64,000 nucleotides of DNA from positions 10,559,521 to 10,623,520 of the forward strand of contig CP154954.1 of NCBI GenBank assembly GCA_039621445.1, written 5' to 3'. Shown piece by piece: positions 1-11,961 of the stretch. Position 1 is the stretch's first letter. Each line of letters begins with the position of its first letter. A program made the translations under genes and the position numbers. The stretch comes from Euglena gracilis (Eukaryota). The notes under the pieces are model-generated. The model was not told the DNA's origin. It was given only the letters and a program-made list of their open reading frames with translations, and ran no database searches.

Positions 1-1350
1 TTGGAAATAACCATAAATTCTGCGATTCGCATGATGGTCCTAAAACCTACTCGCAATATTTGTGATTTGGGTATGAAAACATGCAATTTCAGCATGAACT
101 TCACCACAATGACGAGATTTTTGCTCCAACCGAGAAAGTCTTTCCTCCAATTCTTGCACATAAGTTCTGGGAGCAAAACTTTCACACTGTTGTGCAATAA
201 AGTAACCCCCCCCCAAATAACACCCCCCCGGTGTGTTTTTTGGGCACCCGAACTGGGGCCCCCAGGGGGTGTTATTTGGGGGGGTTATTTTTACATGGAA
301 AACCAAAGGAAAACAGGGGGGGGTGTTATATGGGCGCTCGAAATCGGCCCCCGAGGGGGGGGGTGTTATTTGGGGGGGGGGGTGTTATTTGGGGGGTGGT
401 GTTATTTGGGGGGGTTTAGGAATCACCGCTCAGTTGGAAAATGCGCTGTTGCGCTTCCTGAAAAGAAGTTGCAAGGGTGTAAAACTGCTCCAATGTAATA
501 AATTTCCCCAATTCGGGAATTCAAAACCTTTGCTGTAATTGCAGAAAACTTGCCGTAATTGTCTCCACTTGATCAGACAAAGCCTGCAAACTAAGTTGCA
601 AGTGGGAAAATTTTGAATCATTGCAGCATTGTGTTTCACACACCGTCTCACTCACCTTTTGGAATTTTTGTGGCAATTGTGCCTGCAAATGTGTCTCAAA
701 TCTTTGGCGCAAATTTGTCAATTCCATACAGGGCAATGCAGGAAAGGGACCCGTATCGGGTGGTGCTTGGAATTGTCCTATAGGACTTGGATCTGTGAGC
801 ACATGGGGAGGTTGGATAAAACATGGTGTTTCTAACCCACACTCAACAAAAATTTGATGTGGCGCAACCGCCTCAGAATCAAATCTGCCTATCGGCATTA
901 GTGCGAGATCTCGCTGGGCAGAATAGCTGTCAGCCGATCGGCTTTCCACCAAAAGGGGTTGTGCCCGATAGAGCTGGAGTCGATAGGTGTGGAGGAGGTG
1001 GGGGAGCCCATTTGGCGCGGGGATTGCGAGACACACACATGTAGGTGTCACCCACACTGAGAGGGGGGATTACCTGTTGGTTGAGCCGCCGTTAGATGTG
1101 GACCCCGTTGGGGCTGGGAATGCTCAATAGAGCTGGGCATTTGGGTCAGGGGATGCTCAATAGAGCTGGGGAAGGGAACTATGGAGTGTGGCACACCCTG
1201 GATGGGGAAGTGCTCGAAAGAGCTGAATGTGTCCCCCGATAGGGATGAACAAGCTTGTAGGAGCCTATTATCCTCCTGCAACAATGCATAACAATTGCTT
1301 CTAAAAGAACTAGTCAATTCTTTGTAATACATGAGGGTGTTGGTGCTTGA
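1..1350 (-). pseudogene. Degenerate coiled-coil ORF, probably retroelement gag/ORF1-like, runs off the left edge
   Basis: ORF 521..1057(-) continues in the same frame past one TGA (RF*IPELGKFITLEQFYTLATSFQEAQQRIFQLSGDS) and, once the 205-416 insert is removed, into YFIAQQCESFAPRTYVQELEERLSRLEQK; heptad-like L/Q/E composition; PSSIEH repeats upstream. Gag assignment is inference from context. Confidence 0.5.
205..416. mobile_element. MITE with TA target-site duplication (CCCCCAAATAACACC / GGTGTTATTTGGGGG repeats)
   Basis: Imperfect terminal inverted repeats; TA at 203-204 and 417-418; removing it plus one TA restores the host reading frame; related fragment at about 62982-63045. Confidence 0.8.
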
Positions 1351-1983
1351 GCTCTGCATATTTTCGGTTTGCAGAAACAAACACAAGCAAACACCAAAAG
1401 GTAAGCAAAGGAACAAACGTAGAAGGATGTGGCAGCGTATACAGCCCACAGCCTCCTGAAGCTTGTACCTGTGCTTAGCGGTTGGCTCCAAACAGCTCGT
1501 GGATGCTTTGTAGCCTATACGATTAGCACCACTCACCGTTTGAAGTCACCCGTTAAGATGAGGGTGGGAGAAGGGGCGTAGGAAAGAAACCGAATCTGCT
1601 ACCAAGTGTACGTCCCGTGACTCTATTCCCGCTGCTTGTCGGCCTACTTAAACCCTCCCGTGCGAACAGAACCAGGAGAGTAACCAAAAAAGGTCTTTCA
1701 CTTAAATATTAGTTTTTATTGTCTTTGGGCTTATGCAGAGCACAAGGCAAACCAGGATGTGATTTTGGAACTTCAGTTCCACAATGTTCTCCTATAGGAG
1801 ATTTGATCTTGAAAATGCCTTTGATCAGGCTTTTGATGACATGAATAAAATAATACCACCTGTGAAGGGAGGGACAGATCCGAGATAGGATAGGCTATTC
1901 CTAATTCTGCAATTTGTATTGCAGAACCTGGAATAGTACTATTTGGCATGCCACTGTACGTTCTGCAGGTTGCTGCTATGCAC

Positions 1984-4028
1984 AGTGTCATGGTGGTAAT
2001 GCTGCCTGGTGCACAGGTAGCTGGTTGGGGAGGTTGGGGCTCCTACTCCAGAAGACGTGCCAAGTGTACACCATCGGTTGGGGAGTTTGCACCCGTTCGA
2101 ACAAATGAGTGGAAGCCATTTTAAGAAGCAAGCTGAAAACACTTTCCGATTTACGACAGTCTCCTGGTGCGGAAAACTTTTAGTCGATAAGCAAAAACAT
2201 GTCACTGGTTTTTATTACTATAAAAGAATGGAACGGTGGAACAAAACATGGCTCGATAAAACTCAATGTGTTTCGCACAAAACAAATAGTCCAAGATATG
2301 AATGGTAAGAAAGGTAAGACTTTTTCAGAGTAATGGGCTGATAGTGATAATTGGGGGTTGGGTTGGTTGGTCACTGGCTCTCTTCGTTCTTGGTTCAAGC
2401 CAAGTCTTGTCAAGGTCCCGTTGCCACCCCGTTGTCATTGCCTCTTTTGTGGTACAAACTCAACCATGAGCACATCATTGAGATGGTTCTCTCTCTTTCA
2501 GTGTGGTTTACTGTTTATGCGTACACATTCTCTTTCGTCTTTCTCCACTTTTGCTTCACTTTACCCTGGCTCTTTCTCGGAAAAATTGCGTCATCATCTC
2601 GGGTGGTGTGTCGGTGTGGCGTGGGCATGCATGTTCCGCCGCCCTATCCTACCCCCTCCCTGAATGGCACCACCCTCCGGTGTGTTAATTGGGCACCCGA
2701 ACTGGCACCCCATTTCGACCATGAACACACGCAATATATCTTCAACGTATCAGTCAACTGTGCCTTCGAAAACGTAAAACTTGAAATATGTCGTCGGTTA
2801 TGTTTTGAAATGAGCAAAGGCATTTTCATGATCACGTTAGTGTGTCGATTTTTGGACAGCGTCCAAGCTCCCAAAAGGTGGAGATTGAAAAACCAAACGT
2901 ATTTTCACGCAGTTGTGCACATCAGAATCGTGAGTGACGTCTGTCAAGACGGTCATATTTTTTCCATGTACCTCTTGTTGTCTTTCTGCTTTGAACTTCT
3001 GGTGGAAGGACCTTATTTGGAAACCAACTGTATCTTGTGAAAAGGGTCGCACAAGGACGAAACAAGGAAACGCCTTCAGTAGCCAGGCCTATTTTGGTCA
3101 TGCCATTGGGACCATGCCAGCCTACTGTAACAGTGGGGGGGGGGCTCTGCAGTTATTTCCTTCCCTGAGGCTGCTGGTGCCGCTGGGAAGGGCTTTTCTC
3201 TGCCCTTTAACTTTTCTCTTCTTGACAATCAGGTCTTTGCCGTGTTCAAGGCTTGGCCATCGTGCACCTTTTGAACTTGAGCATTCTTCTTGAACTTAAA
3301 ACCTTCACCTGCGGACAGTAAAATACACGGCATCCCGTCTGGTAATGGCCAGTGATGGAGGGGCAAGCGTTTGAAAAAAATTCAGGGTTGAAAAGAACAA
3401 CCTTTGGCTTTGCTGATCTTCTCTACCTCTTTTTGGGTGTTCAGGTCATCCACCGAGAACAACTTCTTCCCCTTCTGTTCCACGGAGTGGGTCAGGGAGG
3501 CCTTCTTTCTCTGTTCGATCAACCATCTGTCCATTTCCAGCAGCAATTGGAAGAACTGCTGACTCACCACCGCCTTGTCAGCTTGCACTCATTCGTGTAT
3601 CATTGCATCCAATTTCCTTGCTGGCTTTCCCGCAGCAGCTTGTCCACCTTCGGGGTGGAGTTCTTACAGTGTTTGTCCTCAAGCTTGTACTTCAAGCCTT
3701 GGATCTTGGGTAACCCTTCGAAAAAGAACAGATGTCCAAACTCAAAGATTCCGCTTGCTGCCGGAGCAGGACCTCCTCCAAGTCCGGTGGAAGGCTCTGA
3801 CGGGCATCCTCCCACTCTAGTGGCTCCTTTTCCTCTTCGTTATTTTCCTCGGTTTTTAGGTTTTTCCTCGTTTCCTCGATCGTCGCCTGCCCTCTGCCAT
3901 GCGCGTCCAACGTCATCGCCGCATCTCAAAGTTATGTAGTGTGGGGGGGGGAACGTCCTGGACATTTTTCTCTTGCTGCATTTGATTTGAAAGATTCTTC
4001 TTAAAATCCTTGTCATGTGGTGCGCGCA
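1984..4028 (-). pseudogene. Old degenerate DIRS-like element C: gag, RNase H and MT remnants (copy 1, with internal inversion)
   Basis: Minus-strand fragments LPPDLEEVL...EGLPKIQGLKYK...KVDKLLRESQQ (gag-like); WADSDNWGLGW and LWYKLNHEHIIEM (resemble RNase H D..GWG and W...HIN.LE motifs); FSAPG (resembles MT FASPGN motif). Confidence 0.55.
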
Positions 4029-4180
4029 AACACCTCGGGCTCCGCACTTTTTTGTTGTGAGGCCATGCCTTGTCGCCGGCGGTGTTGTGCGATTGTTCGC
4101 TGCGCTGTGTTAGGAGTCCCTGCTCAGTGCCTTTTTCGCCGGAGTTGGATGATTCTTAAATTGCCCTTCGACAACCCTAA

Positions 4181-5186
4181 ATGAAGGAACTGAGTTTCAA
4201 ACGAAGGAGAACCAAAAGGAGAAAGTCAATATCAAAAGAATTTTCAGAAGTAGACAAACCAGACTAATTTTAGTTGACAATTCAATTATAAATTTCAAAT
4301 TGACTTCAATGAACAATTAAGCGGGGAAGAAGCTAGAATTTTGCGGTCGACGTGAATTACGTAGGGAAGCTGTCGCAGCGGCAGCCGAAGGACCTGGAGG
4401 AGCGGACGACATGTGGCGAACCGTGGCCGCCCCTTCACCCCCGGAACCCAGTTTCAGAAATTTCCCAGCCGAAAACCCCACCCAGTGACGGAACCGGCCT
4501 GTGGACCACAGTGGCCAGAAAGACCAGAAGGAAGAAGGAACCCACAACCTAGCAGAAACGCCTGGTAATTGTGGCCCTATCAAGCAAGAGGGGACAAAAG
4601 CAGACCAGAGGATTTCAAAGACCTGTTCCACAAAGGAGCCCAGCCGCCGGAACACAATTTGACCAGAAGTGGAGAATATGGAATCAAGGCCAAGGTGGAG
4701 TCCATGTTGCTCAGTTACAAAAGCTATTACCTTCAGGAAGAGGGGGAAAGGGACTGCCATATCCCCCCCAATTTTTTTAACACAACAACCCCTCTCAACG
4801 GGGAAGAAGGGGGGGCACAGCAGCCCACCCAGACTTCACGTGGAGCTGGAGAACAACGTCAAGCTCAGCCCCAGGGAGGGGAATCATGGCCAGGACGGCC
4901 AGAGTTTGAATCATTTTCATTAGCACGGCCATGGAGGCCAAACAGTGCAGGACCATGGAGGCCATTATCGTCAAGGTCAGGGCGGCCAGAACTTACAGGG
5001 ACATGGGGGCCAAAGGGGGAGTCCAGAAATGGCGCCACAGAAGTTAAGGTGCCAACCTTATATCAATCATCCCCAGCAGCCACAGGAGGATGCCCCAGAA
5101 GGGGCAAAGGAGGACGAGGGGGTCAGCCACCCAAAGCATTTAATTCTACCCATGGAAGTGGAACTCAAGGGGGGGACCCTCAGTGA
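4181..5186 (+). pseudogene. gag-like ORF1 of element A (frameshifted; absent from copy 2)
   Basis: Lies between left ITR and RT; ORF 4569..5186 has an Arg/Gly/Pro-rich basic C-terminus. Confidence 0.6.
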
Positions 5187-5379
5187 CCCCCCTACGGTAT
5201 GTCATCAGACAACACGAAGGACAAGATGGAGCAGAGAGTCTGTGAGAGAGAGAGAGAGAGGGTGAGTGCATGCACCCCCCCGTCCATTACATCTTGTAAT
5301 AGGTCAAAATCCAGGGGTACCAAGTGTTGTGAAACGTCCCACAACCCCCAACCAACCCCCAGAAAATCATTTGATTGGA

Positions 5380-7200
5380 GAGATAAATTACATGTAGGAA
5401 AAGTTGTGGGACAAGGAAAAGTGGAGAGACTTCAAAAAAGTCTAAAATCGTGGTTCAAAAATCCCCCCCCCAGCAACCTGCCAACTTATACAAGATGGAA
5501 TTCAACCCCCTTGGGTCAAACCACCAAATTATCCACGCATGCAAAAACCAGAGCCAACCTAGACCTGAAACAGGCAGAAAAAATCCTGCTGGATTATGAA
5601 AAAACTGGGACCATAAAGATGGTTCAGGATTCCGGAACCCAACATCTAATTCCCTGGTTCCTGATCTCAAAACCAGAGGGTGGCAAACGAAATGGAGGTT
5701 CATCAGCAACAGCAGGGAAAAAAACCAAAATTTTCCCCTGAGAGTCACATTCAAAACACTTTCCCAGTTTTGGAGAAAGGCCACTGGGCAGCCAAAATCG
5801 ACCTGAAAGACGCATATTTTCAAAATCCGGTGAAACCAACCCTAAAACCCTTTCTCATGCATCAGGTGGGGGTGGCGAACCTGGGAATTCCAGGCAGGCT
5901 GTTTTGGCCTAAATGCGAAATTCAGTGATGAAGACATTCGAAAAAGGTTGGAGGAGAAAAGGAATCCAGGTTTTCGCTTACATGTAAGGACATATTTATG
6001 GGTTGCCCAACTCAAAAAATGTTACAAAAACACTTGAACAGGGTTGTCAGAGACCTAATCGACTCGGGGTTCAGAAAAAATGTCAAAAAGTCAACCTTGG
6101 AGCTCACCTAGGTCGTAAACCATTTGGGCTTCCAATTAAATTTCCAAGATGGAAAGTGACAAATTCCCACCCAAAAAATTGAAAACAATAAAAAAAGAGC
6201 TTGGGAAAATAGTGCAAAAAGATTTCATGTCGAAAAGGCAGTTAGCTGCCATTTTGGGCCAAATCAGGTTCAACCTCATGGGTGTACCCCTTTTAAGGGC
6301 TTTCACAGATTCCCTAACAAATTTGTTGGTCAAAAAGTCTGCAGCCACATGGAAGTCAAAGCATTCCACTTCACAGGGCATAAAAGCCCAATTGAGGGAA
6401 AGAAAAATGCTGGCCACCTGGGGTGTCAGACCTTTCTCCGAAATTGCAACAAGGGAGTTGCACTCAGACAGCAGCACCCATGCCTGGGGGGGGGCTGGTC
6501 ATTCATACTTGAGAAATTGTCCAATAGTTTTGGAGAGAAAACTCCATTTTACATATCAATGTAAAAGAATTACGTGCAGCCATCAGCACAGTGAAAAGTC
6601 TAAGCAGGCCAGGGTAAATGGTGTCCCTTTCAGTAACCAATCAGGTAATTTGGTATTACCTGACAAAAGATGTTTCAACAGCCTTCTAAGGCCATTTGTC
6701 AAATGGTGCATGGAAAAAAAATTAAATCTACAAGTGAAATGGGTTCCTTCTCAGGAATGCTTAGCAGACCCCATAAGCACGTGGGAGTCAGACAAGGGGG
6801 ATTACGCACTGGACCCCCATCTCTTTCAATGGCTAAGGAAGCATTTCAAAGATTTCATAAATTTGGAAACAGATTTATTTGCCTCCCAGGCAACAAAAAA
6901 ACTTCCCAATTTTGTGGCAAGATGGCACCACTGGGAGGATAGAGCAGTGGATGTCCTCAAATGTTCCCTGGACAACATGGGAGGACTTTGCGATTGAAAA
7001 TACCACGACTGAGAATGTTTCCCCAGACCAAAGTTTTGATGGTCACCCCCTTTTTGGATTCAGCCACATGGTGACCCCAATTAAAAAAGATGAAAGTTCC
7101 GGGAACCCCCTACCTGAAAATCATCCCCTACATGGGCATGTTCAACAGTTGCATGGGGGACAAAATTTCACCCCGCAGGTAGCCTTTCCTTTAGATGATT
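5380..7200 (+). pseudogene. RT-RNase H-methyltransferase-like pol of element A
   Basis: LIPWFLISKPEGG, FPVLEKGHWAAKIDLKDAYF, SKRQLAAILGQI, LHSDSSTHAWGG, VKWVPSQECLADPIS, ETDLFAS; YxDD disrupted and NPPW missing. Confidence 0.9.
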
Positions 7201-8130
7201 TGCTCAGCAAAACATTGGAGGGGAAACAAATACAGAATAAATACATTGACCATTTCCTGGGGAGAAACCCCAGTTTAAAGCGTTATCAGAGTTCCTTTTC
7301 ATTATTATGCGTTGTTTTTGACAAAATGGGGATACCCTCCCCTGAAGCCACAACTGACCAAGTGGCTGACGCCTTAGTACAGTTATTTCAGTTTTCCAAG
7401 GCCCAGGCACGTAATGCTTACAGTGCTATGCTTTTAATTTCTGGGTTTTGCGGTTTGAGATTCCACACCATGTTGGCCCCTTACAAGAGGCTTTGCAATC
7501 AAAATCTGGAACAATATGGAGTTTTTGGGACCCATTCCCAATCCTCCTGGGGCTGGCCCCAGCCCCCTTTCCCTCTGATATATGAACTTTGTGCATACAG
7601 CTAATTTTTGGCTCCGTAATTCTCTGTTTACATCCATCTTCTGATTTGCAGAGAATCAAACGAACTACCAGTGCGTTGGGAAAGGCGCGCTACACTAAAA
7701 TTAAGCGTAAAGGCAAGAAATTCCATAAATGGGAGAGAGGTGTTTCACTTCCAAAGTGCCCACAGATAAGTCCCTTTCAGTTAATGATGGCTGACGTGGC
7801 TGCAACCAGATTTAACGTTAAACCTGAGGGTCTCCTACTGACTTCACTAAAACCCTCCTTTAAAGCCGTAAGTGCTGACACGATTGCTTCAAAAACCAAA
7901 ACTTTTTTATCCCAACGTGGGTACCTGGGGGGTACCCCCGCCCCAGGTGTGGGCGGACACACTCCACCAGAGGGGCTGGAGTTGGTTTGCTCAAAAAACT
8001 GGGCTTTTCCGCCCAAGAAGCTTGTGAAATTGGCCTGTGGAGGGGGATGGAAGCTTTTACAGCCCACTGTCAACGACTTGGTGCCCAAGTGCCCAGAAAA
8101 CAGCCCTGGACCCCCTAATTTCAGTGCACA
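7200..8130 (+). pseudogene. Tyrosine recombinase of element A
   Basis: ARNAYSAML, LCLHPSSDL (Arg position mutated), SADTIAS, CAC TCC ACC AGA GGG GCT GGA = HSTRGAG at about 7959, FTAHC (Tyr position mutated). Confidence 0.85.
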
Positions 8131-8137
8131 ATCAGGC

Positions 8138-8240
8138 TTCACAAGGGCAAAGTGCGGAGCCCGAGGTGTCTCGTACTCCCTCGAGGCAAACCGACAAAGG
8201 AGGAAGTGACACCCAGGGCGAAGCACAAAGACCTTATGAG
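8138..8240. repeat. Internal complementary region (ICR) of element A
   Basis: 5' half CACAAGGGCAAAGTGCGGAGCCCGAGGTG complements 4031-4060; 3' half TCCCTCGAGGCAAACCGACAA...GCACAAAGACCTTATGAG complements 8463-8526. Confidence 0.9.
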
Positions 8241-8943
8241 CCCGACCCACCCACCCGTAAAAGAAAGTTTGTGTTCAACAGCTCTCGGTCAGAAAATGAG
8301 GGCCAGGGGGAGAGAAGGGGGGGACCCCCCAAAGAAACAAGAAGTCACGACGCCAAGTCGGAGCAGCATCGTCAGCCAACTCCGGCGAGGCGGCACTGAT
8401 CAGGGACTCCTGACCCAGCGCAGCGAACAATCACACAACACCGCCGGCGAGCAAGGCATGGCCTCACAAGGTCTTTGTGCTTCGCCCTCGGTGTCCCTTC
8501 CTCCCTTGTCGGTATGCATCGAGGGAATCTGAAACCAAAACCATAACCCATTCGAGGTCCAAAATGCCAAATGCTGTCGATCCCAAAATTCCCAAATTAC
8601 CATACTGTTTTGGGTGTAAGCAGCAGCCCCATCCGGCACCGGGAAGAGACGATCCTCCATCACTTGCTGGAACTGCTGGCTGTCATTTTTGACCCATTAC
8701 CGGAAAAAATCCACTTTAAAAGACCAAGGGTGTGGACCATTCGGGCTCCGCACTGCGAGATGGTGAGTTCCTGCTTTCCAAGCCGGCTGTTCTGTTATGG
8801 TGTGTTTGTGTGTGCGCGGGGGATGCTTCCTACTGTTTTTTGTTGCCGACTTGGCTGATTCCTAATTCTGCCCTTCGACCTCAAGGAGAAAGACTTTCAA
8901 CTATACAAGTGCTGTCAATACGAAAGACAAAAGACATTCAAGA

Positions 8944-9747
8944 ATGAAGCACGTGTTGAACGGACCTCAATGAAAAATGTGTTGGAAAAAGTATCAGGCT
9001 GTCAAGAGGAAGTGGGAGCACAAGGAAGTTCAAGACAGACAGCTGAAGCTGGAAAACGCCGGGGAGCTGCAAGCGCTGGAGAACCTGATGGAGCAGGACC
9101 AATATGTCCGTCTGTGGCCGTCGCAACCCTTCCACCACCCAGCTCATCAGAAATTTCACGTTTTTAACAAAACTTTTGTGACGGCCATGGACCCTTGAAA
9201 ATTGTGGCCAGAGCAAAGCGACAGAGAAACCATCACGGGGCAAGGCTCACACGGTCATGGGGACCCATCACAGTCATCCATCAAGGAAACATTGTCAGGA
9301 GATGGAAGGTCTGGCAGACTGCCCATCGCTTTTCTCATCCGCACCCTTATGGCAGAGGAAATATGACAAATTCAAAGAGTTCAAGTCAGGAATGTGGAGA
9401 CCCTCCTCAAAATGGCCGTGACGGCCATCTATCTACAGGGCCCTGCGCCCAACTCCAAGGCTATGGCAGCCATCGTTCAAAAGGGCATGGTGCCCATTTT
9501 CAAGGACATAGAAGCCAGATTCCCAGCAGGTGACCCCAGCGGGGAAAGGGATGTCCAACTGTTCCCCAAGCACCCTCGAAATCAATCCCCCCAGGGGAAA
9601 CAAGCCAAAGCCAAGACAGGTGGCATCAAATCACTCAGGGAAATTCGGCCAGGGTGGCTCATCTGGGGAACCAAGAGGGACAAAGAGGACACAAGAAAAG
9701 TCCTAGAGAGAAGGTCAATGGAGGCCAAGAAGTCCAGATGGCCCTGA
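8944..9747 (+). pseudogene. gag-like ORF1 of element B (frameshifted)
   Basis: ORF fragments 8977..9198 and 9394..9747 between left ITR and RT; helical/basic composition. Confidence 0.6.
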
Positions 9748-10039
9748 ATGCCAATGAAGGCCACTACAATCAAGATCACCATATCAGCCCTTGGGGGGGA
9801 GGCACAAGATTGGCTACAACAGGGCCCCCCCAGAAGGTAATCAGCCCTCACCCCCCAGCCATATATGTACCTCCCCACTGCAGACACAGAACATCCCCCA
9901 TCTTTCAAAAACAGGGGGAAATCCTGTCTTTGAGCAGCCATATGGCAGGGCCAGAGGTGACCCCAGTGATGGGGCAGCCAGGGGAAAGGACCCCAGTGAT
10001 GGGGCCTGTAGAATCCCCAGACACATTACACCCAGGGGT

Positions 10040-11961
10040 GCCCCCTTACAGGGCCCTGCAGGCGAGCATTCCCCACTGGATCAAGGCAGGAGCCACCAGA
10101 GAGGTATTAAACCTGATAAAGGAAGGCGTTATGTCGGATCTTCCTCTCCCTCCTCAGATGTCCTTAAAAGTTCCTTTCAAAACCACCCAAGAAATAATGA
10201 CTGCCCAGAAAATTCTGAGAGATTACGAATGTGCAGGGGTAACCTGGCAAATCCCCCCAGAGGTGGCAAAACATTTTGTCCTTTATTTCATCATTTCCAA
10301 AAAAAAGAAGGGGAAAAAACAAAGGAAAGACTAATTTCAGATTGTTGACAGTTAAATCTCCATTTCACACCTCAGAAATTCAGACTGGAACACATGGGAA
10401 TCATCTTCCCATATTTAAGGAAAGGTTGGTTCTGTGGAAAAATCGATCTGAAAGATGCTTATTTTCACCTAAAGCTGCACAGCAGCCTGGAAAAACATGT
10501 TTGCATGCAAGTGGGGGGGGGATTGGCAGTTTAAGGATGCATGCTTGCGCATCAGCAGCCTGTCACAAAAATTCATGACTCTCATGAGAGTCTGGGAAAG
10601 AAGATGGAGAAAGGAGGTAAAAGCGGTTTTCATCAACCTGGACGACATTTTGCTGTTAGCCCACAGCAAAAAGGCAGCAGCCCAGCATTTGGCAGAAATA
10701 AAACAGGCCCTGTTACTGGCAGGTTTCAGGTTAAACCTCCCCAAATCCTGTCTGGAACCCACACAGGAAATAAAGCATTTGGGCCAGTGGATCAATTTGA
10801 AAAAAGACCAACTGGAAATGCCTCAGGAAAAATTAAAATCCTTAAGAAAGGAGCTAGGCAAGGTGCTCACAGCACAAAAAATGAGCTGCAGCTCTATTGT
10901 GGGGCAAGTCAGAAGCTATTTAGTCTCCATGCCATTTCTCAGAATTCTGACAGACCAACTTTGCAAAATCGTGGCTTTACACACCAAGTGGGGTTGGGAC
11001 CACAAATTGACCATTACCCAGGGAGTAAAAGATCAAATTGTGGAGTTAAAAACGTTTTTACAGCCAGGGGTCGTCAGGTCATTTCAATACCAGGCTTCTC
11101 AGGAACTCGTTTCAGACAGCAGCACCTGGCAATGGTGGGGGGGGCTGGACAAAGATTCAGGCCAGAAGGTGCAGAAATTTTGGAGGGACCTGCATGTCCT
11201 TCGTATCAACCAAAAAGAGTTGCAGGCTGCAGTGGAAACTGTAAAAGCACTAGCCAAACCACAGCAAACAATTGTGCTTCATGTCGACAGTCAGGTGGCT
11301 GTGAGTTATTTAACAAAGTGGGGAGGCAAAAGCCCTACCTCAATTCTATTTTAAAACCCCTGCTGTATCATTGCCAAGAGAAGCAAATCAATTTGCAGGT
11401 GGTTTGGGTTCCCACAAAGGAGCAACTGGCAGACTCCCTGACCAAGGAGCAAAAGGACCCATGGGATTATACCCTAAACCTAAACATCTTTCACAAAATT
11501 CTTCAACTTTTCAGAAAGGTCATAACCCCAGAGGTGGACACATGTACATGGATGTTTAGCACACCCATCAACAAAAATTCCCCAAGTTTGTTTGTCGATA
11601 CCCCCACCAAGGGGCTTTGCTGGTGGACGCCTGAAGGGTAGACTTGAGGGACCTCCCCCCAGTTTATGCAAATCCCCCCTGGAGCATCATTCCCCAGTGG
11701 GTTCAACGATTAATGGTAACCCCAGACCTGCGTTGTCTGTTGATCGTACCCCACTGGGCTTCGACACCCTGGTGGCACCAATTGATGTCAATCAGGCATC
11801 CAGGCAGCAAAGTTTTACTGGTACCCCCCCCCAGTGGGGTCTGTTCACCAACTGCTGGGGGGAGGAGATGCCCCCCAAGGTGGAATTTGGCCTGCTTGAT
11901 TGTGTCAGGCAAATATTGCAATCCCAGAAAGTTTCGATGTCCAGTGTCGACACTTACATAA
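10040..11961 (+). pseudogene. RT-RNase H-DNA adenine methyltransferase-like pol of element B, copy 1
   Basis: ORFs 9654..10334, 10497..11354, 10541..11641 (3' part) and 11644..11961 carry successive RT, RH and MT motifs including VYANPPWSIIP. Confidence 0.92.

Larger units (their letters stand above)
4029..8532 (+). mobile_element. DIRS1-like tyrosine-recombinase retrotransposon A, copy 1 (full length, inactive)
   Basis: Left ITR about 4055-4152 is the reverse complement of about 8371-8469; ICR about 8138-8240 complements both termini; RT (PWFLISK, WAAKIDLKDAYF), RNase H (LHSDSSTHAWGG), MT (TDLFAS), YR (HSTRGAG). Confidence 0.93.

Noticed and set aside
3352..3939. Plus-strand ORFs 3352..3939 and 32025..32843 as genes
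   Set aside because: Likely antisense shadows of the minus-strand gag-like remnant; no recognisable motifs.
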